A stretch of 64,000 nucleotides of DNA from Gemmatimonadales bacterium (GTDB taxonomy: Bacteria > Gemmatimonadota > Gemmatimonadetes > Gemmatimonadales > GWC2-71-9). Below are positions 27,800-37,543 of the stretch, piece by piece (position 1 is the stretch's first letter; the number at the start of each line of letters is the position of its first letter). Location: positions 23,209 through 87,208 of the forward strand of contig DATAVM010000032.1 of assembly GCA_036267775.1 (NCBI GenBank). Direction: 5' to 3'. A program made the translations under genes and the position numbers. Under the pieces are notes generated by a model. It was not told the DNA's origin. It worked only from the letters and a program-made list of their open reading frames with translations, and searched no databases.

Positions 27800-30700
27800 A
27801 TGCGGCTGCTGCTTGTGGCGGTGTTGCTTGGTGCGCTCGCGCCGGCGATTCGCGCGCAGGACACCGAAATCATCCGCGGCCGGATCACCGATTCGCTGGG
27901 CAGGCCTGTCGCGCAGGCGACTGTCGTGGTGACGGGACTCAGCACATCTGAAGTGCGCACGGCGCAGACCACCACCTCCGGCAACTACAGCGTCACGTTC
28001 ACGGATCCCGAAGGGGATTACGTTGTCGCGGTGCATCGGGTGGGCTACGCCCCGCAGACGGGACGCGTGACGCGCACTGGCCTTTCCGCCACGCTCGCGC
28101 TCGATTTTACGCTGAAAACCACGGCGATCCGCGTGAGTGATCTTGCCGTCACTGCCGATCGGCCGCTGCCGTCACGAACCGACCGCCCGTCAATCGGCGG
28201 GATTGAACAGAACCTGCTTGCGGGCGCGCTCTTTACGCTCGATCCGAGCGACCTGCTTGCGCTCGCAACGCAGATTCCCGGCGTGCTCGCGGTGGGTGAC
28301 TCCGCATACTCCGTGCTGGGCGCGCCCTCCGATCAGAACAACACCACCCTCGATGGCACCAGCTTCAACGGCGGCAACGTGCCGCGCGACGCGGTGGCGA
28401 CGACGCGCCTGGTCACGACGAGTTCCGATCCCTCGAAGGGCGGATTCGCCGGCGGCCAGACAGTGGTCACCACGCGCAAGGGAACGAATGTCTTCGGCAG
28501 CACCGTGCGTGGCCAACTCGCCGATCAGCATCTCGCGTGGGCAGACCCCACGTCGCCCTCGCCGGTGCCGGAGATTGCCGGAATGAGCGGCGTCGTCTCG
28601 GGACCGATCGTGCGCAGCAAGTTGCACTATCTGCTGTCGTACGATGGTTCGAACACCAACACCGAGGCGTTCTCTCTGCTTGCCCCGCGCGATGCACTCC
28701 TCTCGCAACTTGGCTTGCAGACAGATACGATCAACGCGGTGCGCGCCGCCCTGGGACAACTCGGCGTGCCGCTGTCGGCTCGCGGCGTCCCCGATGCGAA
28801 CAATGCGCTGCGCGCATCTGGGCTCCTCAACCTCGATTATCACCCGAACGCGACTACCACCATAGTGTTCACCGCCACCGGACAATTCAGCACGACCGAC
28901 GGCAGCGGGATCAACCAGAGTGCATTTCCTTCGTCCGCATCCCAGAGCTGGACGCACAGCATGGCGTACACGCTCAACACCTCGAGTTACCTCAACGGCT
29001 TCCTGGAGGAGTTGCGGGTGTCGTATCAGCCGTCTGGCAGTCATTCGCAGCCGTATCTGGAACTGCCGTCGGCGTCGGTGCGTGTCGGCACCGTCTTCGA
29101 CAGCGACCGCACCGGACTCACCTCCTTGCGCTTTGGCGGCAATGGCGCGGGACCGGCGCACAGCAGCAACGGCAGTGGAGTGATCCACAATGAGATGTCC
29201 TGGATCACACGCAATTCCAAGCACCAGTTCAAGTTCATGCAGGAGGCGATCTTGAACTGGAGCACGGCGCTCTCCGCATCGAATGCCTTTGGCAGCTACA
29301 GCTATCAGTCGATCGACGATCTGCTCGCCGATGTACCGTCATCGTACAATCGCACCGTATCGTTCTTTCAGCGATCGAGCCACGGCATGACCTCGGCGTT
29401 CTCGCTGGGGGACACCTGGCATCCCAAGCTCGGTCTCGACTTTCAGGGCGGCGTCCGCTTCGATCTGGTCCACTTCGGTACGCGGCCCGATGAGAATCCC
29501 GCGATCGACTCACTCTTTGGTCGCCATACGAGTCATGTGCCGAACGCGGCGGGCTTCTCGCCGCGGCTGGGCTTTTCGTGGACGCCGGGTCTGGGCCGGC
29601 GGCGCGCGCCAGGCGTATCCGCCGGAACCACGACACTCCCGCTTCCGGCGTCGGCTGTCGCGGGAGCGTCGGCTGGCGCCGCATTCGCTCCGGGAACGAC
29701 AGTGCAGGCTACCGCGGTTTCGTTCGGTTCGCTCCCGGGGCCGCGCCCGGTGATCAGCGGCAGCATTGGCGTGCTGCGCGGAACGATTTCCCCGTCACGG
29801 ATCGCATCGCTCGTCGATGCGACGGGCTTGCCTAGCACCACGCTGACGTTGTCGTGCGTCGGACCGGCAGCGCCGATGCCGGACTGGTCCGACCCCGCGA
29901 GTCTGTCGCCGGACGACTGTCTCGACGGCACCGCTGCCGGATCGTTTGCGGTGAGTCAGCCGGCGATCACGGTGTTTGATCCATCGTTCCAGGCACCGAT
30001 CAGCTGGCGCGGCAATCTGCAGGTCGGCAATATCGTGCGGCATGGCCTCCGGATCACGCCGAGCATGGTGTATTCGTATGGCGAGAATCTCGAGAGCCGT
30101 CTCGACTACAACCTCCAGCGCACCGCAGCCTTCACACTCGCCGATGAAGGGAACCGTCCGGTCTACGTCTCACCGTCGGAAATTGTGCCGACCACGGGAG
30201 CGATTGCGCCTGGGGCCAACCGCATCACGAACCGCTTTGGACGCGTCAGCGACATCGTCTCCGACCTGCACAGCCGTGCGCTGCAGTTCAATCTGTCCAT
30301 CAATCCCGTCCGCCCGGTCTTCCGGAAGTTTCCGCTCGCGTTTCAATATTCCTTCAACGACCAGCGCACCGAGACCCGGGGATTCAGCGGGAGCACCGCC
30401 GGCGATCCATTCGTGAAGGAATGGACGCCGGGCCAGCAGCCGTACCATCAGTTCATTGTGAGCACGACCGGCGGCCGGATCTGGTGGCTCGCGCTCGGTG
30501 TGCGGTTCAACGTGCTCTCGGGGCAGCCGTACACACCGACGGTGGTGGGCGACGTCAACGGCGATGGCCTTTCCAACGATCGCGCCTTCATCGCCAATCC
30601 GGCGACGACCGCCGATCCCGCGCTGGCGGCGCAGATGGCGCAGCTGATCGCGTCAGTTCCTGCCGGCGCGCGCTCGTGCCTCGAATCCCAATTCGGCAGG

Positions 30701-31462
30701 GTGGCGGGCGCGGGAAGTTGTCGCACGCCGTGGCAGGCGCGGTTCGATCTCAACTTGCAGTTCCTGCCGCCGAGCAACTTTGCGCTCGGGAGCCGGCTCC
30801 ACATGACGATGAACTTTCTCAATGCCAGTGGTGCGCTGGTACGGCTCTTCGGGTTGCAGAACACGCTGCTCGGTCAGACGCCGCAATCGAGCAACGTCGA
30901 TCCGCGGCTGCTGTACGTGACCGGCTTCGATCCCGTTGCCCAGCGCTTTCAGTACCGCGTGAACCAGCTCTTTGGCGAGCCGCTCGACTTTGGCACCACG
31001 CGCAACCGCTATCCACCCTTCCAGGTGCAGCTCGGCATGGAGTATCGCTTTGCCGGTGCCTCGACCACGCCGCTCTTGAGCGCGTACGGGCTGCTCCCTC
31101 GCGGCAAGGAGAAGCAGCTCACGGTCGCTGAGGCGCAGGCAGCACTCGATCGCACCACTCGCAATCCACTGCAGTTGATCCTCGACCGGCGCGATACCCT
31201 GGGGCTGTCGGATCTGCAGGTCCGGCAGCTCGATTCGCTGTCCGATGCCTTCACGGTGGCGGTCCACGCCGTCATGCGACCGCTGGTCGACTATGTGGTG
31301 GCCCGCGGCAAGAAGCTGACCGATCAGGAGTTCAACGCCCGCCGGGCCACGATCAACCAGGCCGTGAGCCGCACCCTGGCCGACTTCAGGAACCGGGGAA
31401 ATGCGCTCCTGACCCCTGTCCAGCGGCGGTATATGACGGGGGGCCCTCCGGTGCGTCCCTGA
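27800..31462 (+). CDS. giant outer-membrane TonB-dependent-receptor-like barrel with N-terminal CarboxypepD_reg domain and C-terminal LTXXQ-type extension
   Basis: GAGGAG RBS and signal peptide (LLLVAVLLGALAPAIRAQ). IRGRITDSLGRPVAQATVVVTG...TTTSGNYSVTF...YVVAVHRVGYAPQ is the carboxypeptidase-regulatory-like fold. A long alternating beta region ends at GMEYRF, followed by about 135 extra helical residues. Confidence 0.75.
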   Translation: MRLLLVAVLLGALAPAIRAQDTEIIRGRITDSLGRPVAQATVVVTGLSTSEVRTAQTTTSGNYSVTFTDPEGDYVVAVHRVGYAPQTGRVTRTGLSATLALDFTLKTTAIRVSDLAVTADRPLPSRTDRPSIGGIEQNLLAGALFTLDPSDLLALATQIPGVLAVGDSAYSVLGAPSDQNNTTLDGTSFNGGNVPRDAVATTRLVTTSSDPSKGGFAGGQTVVTTRKGTNVFGSTVRGQLADQHLAWADPTSPSPVPEIAGMSGVVSGPIVRSKLHYLLSYDGSNTNTEAFSLLAPRDALLSQLGLQTDTINAVRAALGQLGVPLSARGVPDANNALRASGLLNLDYHPNATTTIVFTATGQFSTTDGSGINQSAFPSSASQSWTHSMAYTLNTSSYLNGFLEELRVSYQPSGSHSQPYLELPSASVRVGTVFDSDRTGLTSLRFGGNGAGPAHSSNGSGVIHNEMSWITRNSKHQFKFMQEAILNWSTALSASNAFGSYSYQSIDDLLADVPSSYNRTVSFFQRSSHGMTSAFSLGDTWHPKLGLDFQGGVRFDLVHFGTRPDENPAIDSLFGRHTSHVPNAAGFSPRLGFSWTPGLGRRRAPGVSAGTTTLPLPASAVAGASAGAAFAPGTTVQATAVSFGSLPGPRPVISGSIGVLRGTISPSRIASLVDATGLPSTTLTLSCVGPAAPMPDWSDPASLSPDDCLDGTAAGSFAVSQPAITVFDPSFQAPISWRGNLQVGNIVRHGLRITPSMVYSYGENLESRLDYNLQRTAAFTLADEGNRPVYVSPSEIVPTTGAIAPGANRITNRFGRVSDIVSDLHSRALQFNLSINPVRPVFRKFPLAFQYSFNDQRTETRGFSGSTAGDPFVKEWTPGQQPYHQFIVSTTGGRIWWLALGVRFNVLSGQPYTPTVVGDVNGDGLSNDRAFIANPATTADPALAAQMAQLIASVPAGARSCLESQFGRVAGAGSCRTPWQARFDLNLQFLPPSNFALGSRLHMTMNFLNASGALVRLFGLQNTLLGQTPQSSNVDPRLLYVTGFDPVAQRFQYRVNQLFGEPLDFGTTRNRYPPFQVQLGMEYRFAGASTTPLLSAYGLLPRGKEKQLTVAEAQAALDRTTRNPLQLILDRRDTLGLSDLQVRQLDSLSDAFTVAVHAVMRPLVDYVVARGKKLTDQEFNARRATINQAVSRTLADFRNRGNALLTPVQRRYMTGGPPVRP

Positions 31463-31569
31463 CGGGCAATCCGGAGGCGGGGGGGAGCGGGCCAACGTCA
31501 CGGCGGGTTTCTGCGTACAATTCCGCAACACGGTTTCAGCCCCCTCACTCAAACGCCTGGCTTGAAGAC

Positions 31570-33441
31570 ATGTTGAATATCCGATCCACCGCTCGTCTGG
31601 TCGCGGGAGTCGCCGCGGCCTTCACCCTTGGCGCGTCAGCGCTCGATGCGCAGTGTCCCGCCATGGGCAACGGTTCGCTCCCACTCAAGTACAAGGGCGG
31701 TCCCACCGTCGCGGCCATCACGCCCTGTGACCTGATGACCCGCCTCTACATCTACTCCGATGACTCGATGATGGGCCGTGAGGCGGGTTCGCCCGACGCG
31801 CAGCGCGCCACCAAGTACATCGAGGCGCAGGTCCGCGCCATGGGTCTCAAGCCCGGCGGCGAGAACGGCACGTTCTACGAGTACATGCCGGTCACCGCGA
31901 CGTTCGCCGATTCCACCTCGACGATCACCAGTGGTGGCCGCACGTTCCACGCATACAAGGACTTCACTTTCAACGGCAACGGCTCGGCGAGTGGTCAGGT
32001 GATCTTCGGCGGCACCGCCGGTGATACGACCAACGCGCTGACGCCCGATCAGGTCAAGGGCAAGATCGTTGTCGTTCTGCAAAATGAAGAGCGGGGCCGC
32101 GGCGCTGCTGGCGGGCGCGGTGCCGGCGGCGCTGGCGGACGTGGCGCTGGTGGCGCGCGCGGCGGCTTTGGCGGTGGCGCTGCTTCGCCGTTTGCCGGCG
32201 CGGCTGCCGTGCTGACCGTTGCTCCGGTGATTCAGGGCGCCAAGCCGGCCTACCAGATACACGACACGGTAGAGACTGAGGGACGTGCGGCACGCATTGC
32301 GGCCCACCCTGAGGACACGGCAGGAACGCGGCGTCGCGGTGGTGGTGGCCGGGGCGCAGGCGCCGGGGCCGGGGCAGGACCGGTCAATGCGACCATCTTG
32401 CCCTCGGTGGCAGACGCGCTGCTCGGCAAGCCGGTGGCCAAGGCGGTCAAGGGTGAGGCTGGCAAGGAAGCGTCGATCACCGTGAAGATGAAGACGGCAC
32501 CGTCGCCGACTCGCGACGTGATTGCCGTGATGCCCGGGACCGATCCCAAGCTCAAGGGCGAATACGTGATCATCGGTGGTCACAGCGACCACATCGGCTA
32601 CCGGCTGAGCAATGGCCGCGGGCCGTCTGCGTTCCCCGAGACCGACTCGCTCAAGGCGTATAACGAAATCGCCCAGACCGAAGGCGCCGAGGCGACTGGC
32701 CGGATCACGCCGGACGCCGAGCAGTGGGTTCGGATCAACGCGATCAAGGATTCGCTGCGGAAGATCTATCCGCCGCGGCCGGATTCGATCAGCAACGGCG
32801 CCGACGATGACGGCAGCGGCTCCGTCTCGGTGCTCGAGATCGCCGAGGCGTTTGCCAAGGGCACGATCAAGCCCAAGCGCTCGATCATCTTCATCTGGCA
32901 GATGGGCGAAGAAAAGGGCCTCTGGGGCTCGGAGTGGTTCACGAACCATCCGACGCTGCCGCGCGATTCGATCGTGGCGGACCTCAACATCGACATGGTC
33001 GGCCGCGGCGAAGCGACCGACGTGACCGGTCGCGATATCAACGGCGTCGTGCTGCACGGCGCGCCGACTTATGTGCAGCTGGTCGGCGCCAAGCGTCTCT
33101 CCACCGAGCTCGGCGACATTGCCGACGCGGTGAACAAGACCGAGACGACGCCGCTGCTGTTCGACTACAGCATGGACGCGAACGGTCATCCGCAGGACAT
33201 CTACTGCCGTAGCGATCACGCGAACTATGCCCGCTACAACATCCCGGTGATCTTCTTCACCACGGGTGGCCACGCGGACTACCACCAGGTGACGGACGAG
33301 CCGGAGTACATCCGGTACCGCCATATGGCGATGGTCGATCAGTTGATCTTCGACATCGCGGTCAAGGTGGCCGATCTGGATCACCGCGTGGTGGTGGACG
33401 GCAAGAAGTTCGAATCGCCGTTCTCGCCCTGCAAGCAGTAA
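31570..33441 (+). CDS. secreted M28 family metallopeptidase (paralog 2) with Gly/Arg/Ala low-complexity insertions
   Basis: Signal peptide. Collinear with 25570..27288 (LPLKYKGGPTVAAITPCDLMTRLYIYSDDSMMGRE; SNGADDDGSGSVSVLEIAEAF; GEEKG; NIDMVG; DYHQVTDE). Confidence 0.8.
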   Translation: MLNIRSTARLVAGVAAAFTLGASALDAQCPAMGNGSLPLKYKGGPTVAAITPCDLMTRLYIYSDDSMMGREAGSPDAQRATKYIEAQVRAMGLKPGGENGTFYEYMPVTATFADSTSTITSGGRTFHAYKDFTFNGNGSASGQVIFGGTAGDTTNALTPDQVKGKIVVVLQNEERGRGAAGGRGAGGAGGRGAGGARGGFGGGAASPFAGAAAVLTVAPVIQGAKPAYQIHDTVETEGRAARIAAHPEDTAGTRRRGGGGRGAGAGAGAGPVNATILPSVADALLGKPVAKAVKGEAGKEASITVKMKTAPSPTRDVIAVMPGTDPKLKGEYVIIGGHSDHIGYRLSNGRGPSAFPETDSLKAYNEIAQTEGAEATGRITPDAEQWVRINAIKDSLRKIYPPRPDSISNGADDDGSGSVSVLEIAEAFAKGTIKPKRSIIFIWQMGEEKGLWGSEWFTNHPTLPRDSIVADLNIDMVGRGEATDVTGRDINGVVLHGAPTYVQLVGAKRLSTELGDIADAVNKTETTPLLFDYSMDANGHPQDIYCRSDHANYARYNIPVIFFTTGGHADYHQVTDEPEYIRYRHMAMVDQLIFDIAVKVADLDHRVVVDGKKFESPFSPCKQ

Positions 33442-33455
33442 GCATGGTGCACGTT

Positions 33456-33481
33456 GCGCGCGTCACTCCGGTGACGCGCGC
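33456..33481 (+). terminator. perfect 11-bp GC hairpin after the M28 gene (possible terminator, no T-tract)
   Basis: GCGCGCGTCAC-TCCG-GTGACGCGCGC, 15 nt after the stop codon. Confidence 0.45.
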
Positions 33482-33511
33482 AGCGCGCGCCGCGCATCGA
33501 TAGATTCCACC

Positions 33512-34012
33512 ATGCCCCTCCATATCGCCCTGCTCGAGGCGCGCACGCCGGCCACGGTTGGCGCCATCGCCAGCAAATGCGCCGCCGTCGACGCTTCGCT
33601 GCATCTCATCGGCCCGCTCAGCTTTGCGGTTACCGATCCCGAGTTTCGTTCGAGCGGGCCCGCCGACTGGGATGCGCTCGACTGGTGGCTGCATCCCGGC
33701 TGGCGCGACTTCCGCGACGCGATGAGCCGCGAGCGCTGCCTCTACTTTGCCGCGGACGGCGAGCGCGACCCGGTGGAAGCGCCGTTCCGGCCCAACAGCG
33801 TGCTCGTTTTTGGCGACGAAACGCTGGGCCTCCCGGACCGGATCCGCGGCAAGTACCCCGACCGCGTCTTCGCGTTGCCACGCGCCGCGCAGCGCAAGCG
33901 GAGCGATCCCGCCGCGGCCATCGAAGCGACGCTGGCCTTTGCCGCCAAGCGCGCGGCGCCAGCACCTGCCGGGCGCGGTCCACGGCTTCGCGCCGGGCGC
34001 CGATCCGATTAG
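33512..34012 (+). CDS. SpoU/TrmL-like methyltransferase-fold protein (divergent motifs)
   Basis: Size and layout resemble tRNA (cytidine/uridine-2'-O) methyltransferase TrmL (LHIALLEARTPATVGAIASKC..., VLVFGDETLGLP), but the SAM-binding strings look degenerate. Confidence 0.5.
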   Translation: MPLHIALLEARTPATVGAIASKCAAVDASLHLIGPLSFAVTDPEFRSSGPADWDALDWWLHPGWRDFRDAMSRERCLYFAADGERDPVEAPFRPNSVLVFGDETLGLPDRIRGKYPDRVFALPRAAQRKRSDPAAAIEATLAFAAKRAAPAPAGRGPRLRAGRRSD

Positions 34013-34039
34013 TTTCGTGTCCATCTTTGACGCCTCGGG

Positions 34040-34969
34040 ATGGACATGTTTGAGACGATCGCGGTAGTCGGAGCCGGTAACGTAGGAGCCACCGCAGCCC
34101 AGCGGGTCGCCGAGAAGAACCTGGCGCGGCGGGTGGTGATGATCGATGTGGCGGAAGGCATTCCGCAGGGGAAAGCCCTCGACCAGTGGCAATCGGGCCC
34201 GGTCGAGGGCTTCGACGCGCGCGTCCTGGGCGCCAACGACTACAACCTCGCCGAAGGCTGCGAGCTCTTCATCGTCACCGCCGGCATTGCGCGGAAGCCC
34301 GGGATGAGCCGCGACGATCTGGTCAAGACCAACGCCGGCATCGTGCGCTCGGTCGGCGAACAGATCAAGCGCGTCGCGCCCAAGGCCATCGTAATCGTGG
34401 TCTCCAACCCGCTCGACGTCATGTGCTACGTGATGCGCCAGAGCACCGGTTTTCCGCGCGAACGCGTGATCGGCATGGCGGGCGTGCTCGACACGGCGCG
34501 CTATCGGATGTTTCTCTCCGAAGCGCTCGGCGTGTCGGTGCAGGACATCCAGGCAATGGTGCTTGGCGGCCACGGCGACACGATGGTGCCGCTGATCTCC
34601 TGCACGACAGTGTCCGGGATTCCCGTGACGCAGCTGATTGCTGCCGACAAGCTCGCGGCGATCGTGGATCGCGCCCGCAACGGCGGTGCGGAGATCGTCG
34701 CGCATCTCAAGACGGGCTCCGCGTACTACGCGCCGAGTGCCGCGGCCGTCCAGATGGCCGAGGCGATCGTCCTCGACCAGAAGCGGATACTGCCGTGCTC
34801 GGCGTGGCTGCAGGGGGAGTTTGCGCTGCGTGATGTGTACTGCGGCGTGCCGTGCCTGCTCGGCCGCAACGGGCTGGAGCGTATCGTCGAGATCACGCTG
34901 ACCGCGGAGGAGAAGGCGGCGCTGCACAAGTCGGCAGAGTCCGTCCGGTCGGTCCAGGCGATCGTCTGA
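34040..34969 (+). CDS. mdh: malate dehydrogenase (LDH-like family)
   Basis: IAVVGAGNVGATAA, ITAGIARKPGMSRDDL, VVSNPLD, GGHGDTMVP. Confidence 0.9.
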   Translation: MDMFETIAVVGAGNVGATAAQRVAEKNLARRVVMIDVAEGIPQGKALDQWQSGPVEGFDARVLGANDYNLAEGCELFIVTAGIARKPGMSRDDLVKTNAGIVRSVGEQIKRVAPKAIVIVVSNPLDVMCYVMRQSTGFPRERVIGMAGVLDTARYRMFLSEALGVSVQDIQAMVLGGHGDTMVPLISCTTVSGIPVTQLIAADKLAAIVDRARNGGAEIVAHLKTGSAYYAPSAAAVQMAEAIVLDQKRILPCSAWLQGEFALRDVYCGVPCLLGRNGLERIVEITLTAEEKAALHKSAESVRSVQAIV

Positions 34970-34976
34970 GCGTCGC

Positions 34977-35633
34977 ATGAGTCCGCTCTCCGCCCTGTGG
35001 CATGCCACGGTCGGCAAGAAGATCGTGATGGCCGTCACGGGCATCGTGATGGTGCTGTTCCTCATTTCGCACGTGATCTCCAACGTGCTGATCTTCAGCA
35101 ATCCGGGCCACCTCGACAGTTACGGCGCATGGCTCCGGTCACTGGGCCCGCTGCTCTGGATTGCGCGCGCGGTGCTGCTCGCCTGCGTCATTCTTCACGG
35201 CATTGCCGCGTGGCAATTGACGCAGCGCGCCCACGCAGCGCGACCCGACGGCTACGACAAGTACGAACGGCAGGTCACGACGTACGCCGGGCGCACCATG
35301 CGCTGGGGCGGCGTCCTGCTTGCCGTCTTCATTGTCTTTCACATTCTGCATTTCACCACTGGCACGTTTCATCCCGATTTCCATCCGGGTGAAGTGGGCC
35401 GGAATGTGATCACCGGCATGGCGGTCACGCCGGTCGCGATCTTCTATCTGGTCGCGATGCTCGCCCTCGGCGCGCATCTCTGGCATGGCACATGGTCGGT
35501 CTTCCAGACGCTCGGCATCAACCATCCGGCGTGGAATCGCAGCCGGAAGGTGATCGCGATCGGGCTGGCCGTTCTGATTGCGGGTGGTTTTGCGACAATT
35601 CCGCTGGCAGCACTGCTCGGATGGTTGCGATGA
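34977..35633 (+). CDS. sdhC: succinate dehydrogenase/fumarate reductase cytochrome b subunit (b558 type)
   Basis: 218 aa with about 5 hydrophobic segments and conserved His residues. Immediately upstream of sdhA/sdhB with an ATGA overlap. Confidence 0.8.
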   Translation: MSPLSALWHATVGKKIVMAVTGIVMVLFLISHVISNVLIFSNPGHLDSYGAWLRSLGPLLWIARAVLLACVILHGIAAWQLTQRAHAARPDGYDKYERQVTTYAGRTMRWGGVLLAVFIVFHILHFTTGTFHPDFHPGEVGRNVITGMAVTPVAIFYLVAMLALGAHLWHGTWSVFQTLGINHPAWNRSRKVIAIGLAVLIAGGFATIPLAALLGWLR

Positions 35634-37543
35634 AATTCGACGCGAAGATTCCGGCGGGACCGCTCGAAGAGAAGTGGGACCGTCACCTGGCGAATCTCAA
35701 GCTGGTGTCACCGACAAATAAGCGGAAGTTCCACATCATCATGGTGGGCTCCGGACTGGCGGGTGCGTCGGCCGCGGCGTCGCTGGCGGAGCTGGGATAC
35801 ACGGTTTCGTGCTTCTGCTTTCAGGATTCCCCGCGGCGGGCGCATTCGATTGCTGCGCAGGGCGGTATCAACGCCGCCAAGAACTATCAGAACGACGGCG
35901 ACTCCACCTGGCGCCTCTTCTACGACACCATCAAGGGCGGCGATTTCCGCTCGCGCGAAGCCAATGTCTATCGACTCGCGCAAGTGTCGGCCAACATCAT
36001 CGACCAATGTGTCGCGCAGGGCGTGCCATTTGCGCGTGACTACGGCGGGTTGCTCGCCAATCGCTCGTTTGGTGGTGCGCAGGTGTCCCGCACCTTCTAC
36101 GCCCGCGGCCAGACTGGTCAGCAGCTCCTCCTCGGTGCGTATCAGGCACTGGAGCGGATGATCGCCCGCGGTTCGGTCACCATGTATTCGCGGCACGAGA
36201 TGCTCGAGCTGGTGGTGGTCGATGGTCAGGCGCGGGGCATCGTGGCGCGCGACATGATCACGGGAAAGCTCGAGTCCTTTGCCGGCGATGCGGTCGTGCT
36301 CGCGACCGGCGGCTACGGCAACGTGTTCTTCCTGTCGACCAATGCCAAGGGCTGCAACGTCACTGCGGCGTTCCGGGCGTATCAGAAGGGCGCCGGCTTT
36401 GCCAATCCGTGCTTCACGCAGATTCACCCGACGTGCATTCCCGTGAGTGGTGAGCATCAATCCAAGTTGACGCTCATGTCGGAATCTCTGCGCAACGATG
36501 GCCGGGTGTGGGTGCCGACGGTCGGCGGGGACAAGCGCGCAGCAGACGCCATCCCGACCGGCGAGCGCGACTACTATCTCGAGCGCAAGTATCCGAGCTA
36601 CGGCAATCTTGCGCCGCGCGACATCGCATCGCGCGCGGCCAAGGAAGTGTGCGATGAAGGCCGAGGCGTAGGCCCGGGAGGACGCGGCGTCTACCTCGAC
36701 TTTGCCAGCGCCATTGCGCGCGTGGGCGAGGACACCATCCGCGAACGGTACGGCAATCTGTTCGAGATGTACGAGCGGATCACGGGCGAGAATCCCTACG
36801 TGGTTCCGATGCGGATCTTCCCGGCGGTCCACTACACGATGGGCGGGCTCTGGGTCGACTACAACCTGATGAGCACGATTCCCGGCCTGCATGTGACTGG
36901 CGAAGCCAACTTCTCCGATCACGGCGCCAACCGCCTGGGTGCGTCGGCGTTGATGCAGGGCCTGGCCGACGGCTATTTCATTCTGCCGTACACCATCGGT
37001 GATTATCTCGCCGGCACCAAACTCCAGGCGGTGGATGCCTCGCATCCGGAATTCAAGGCGGCAGAAGCGCGCTGCAAGGCGCAGATCGATCGCCTCCTGT
37101 CGATCAACGGAACGCGCTCGGTCGACTCGTTCCACCGCGAGCTGGGGGCCTTGATGTGGGAGCAGTGCGGCATGGCCCGCAATCGCGCCGGGCTGGAGAC
37201 TGCGCTCAAGCGCATTCCCGAGCTGCGGGCCGAGTTCTGGGAAAACGTCCGCGTACCCGGGTCGGCGGCGACGCTCAACCAGTCGCTGGAGAAGGCCGGC
37301 CGTGTGGCGGACTTCATGGAGTTCGCCGAGATGACCTGTCTCGATGCGCTGACGCGCGAAGAATCATGCGGCTGCCATTTTCGCACGGAATACGAGACGC
37401 CCGATGGCGAGGCGCAGCGGAACGATGCAGCGTTCACGCACGTGGCGGTCTGGGAGTACGGTGGCGAAGGAAAACGCCCCATTCGCAACATCGAGCCGCT
37501 GGAGTTCGAGTTCGTCAAGCTGGCGACGAGGTCGTACAAATGA
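35630..37543 (+). CDS. sdhA: succinate dehydrogenase/fumarate reductase flavoprotein subunit
   Basis: Internal Met of ORF 35492..37543. [26 protein letters not shown] (FAD-linking His), [16 protein letters not shown]. Confidence 0.95.
   Translation: MKFDAKIPAGPLEEKWDRHLANLKLVSPTNKRKFHIIMVGSGLAGASAAASLAELGYTVSCFCFQDSPRRAHSIAAQGGINAAKNYQNDGDSTWRLFYDTIKGGDFRSREANVYRLAQVSANIIDQCVAQGVPFARDYGGLLANRSFGGAQVSRTFYARGQTGQQLLLGAYQALERMIARGSVTMYSRHEMLELVVVDGQARGIVARDMITGKLESFAGDAVVLATGGYGNVFFLSTNAKGCNVTAAFRAYQKGAGFANPCFTQIHPTCIPVSGEHQSKLTLMSESLRNDGRVWVPTVGGDKRAADAIPTGERDYYLERKYPSYGNLAPRDIASRAAKEVCDEGRGVGPGGRGVYLDFASAIARVGEDTIRERYGNLFEMYERITGENPYVVPMRIFPAVHYTMGGLWVDYNLMSTIPGLHVTGEANFSDHGANRLGASALMQGLADGYFILPYTIGDYLAGTKLQAVDASHPEFKAAEARCKAQIDRLLSINGTRSVDSFHRELGALMWEQCGMARNRAGLETALKRIPELRAEFWENVRVPGSAATLNQSLEKAGRVADFMEFAEMTCLDALTREESCGCHFRTEYETPDGEAQRNDAAFTHVAVWEYGGEGKRPIRNIEPLEFEFVKLATRSYK

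Noticed and set aside
32089-32200. Repetitive GGCGSNGG DNA that might be mistaken for a tandem-repeat locus or CRISPR-like array
   Set aside because: It lies in frame inside a well-supported M28 peptidase CDS and encodes the Gly/Arg tract. There is no repeat-spacer periodicity.
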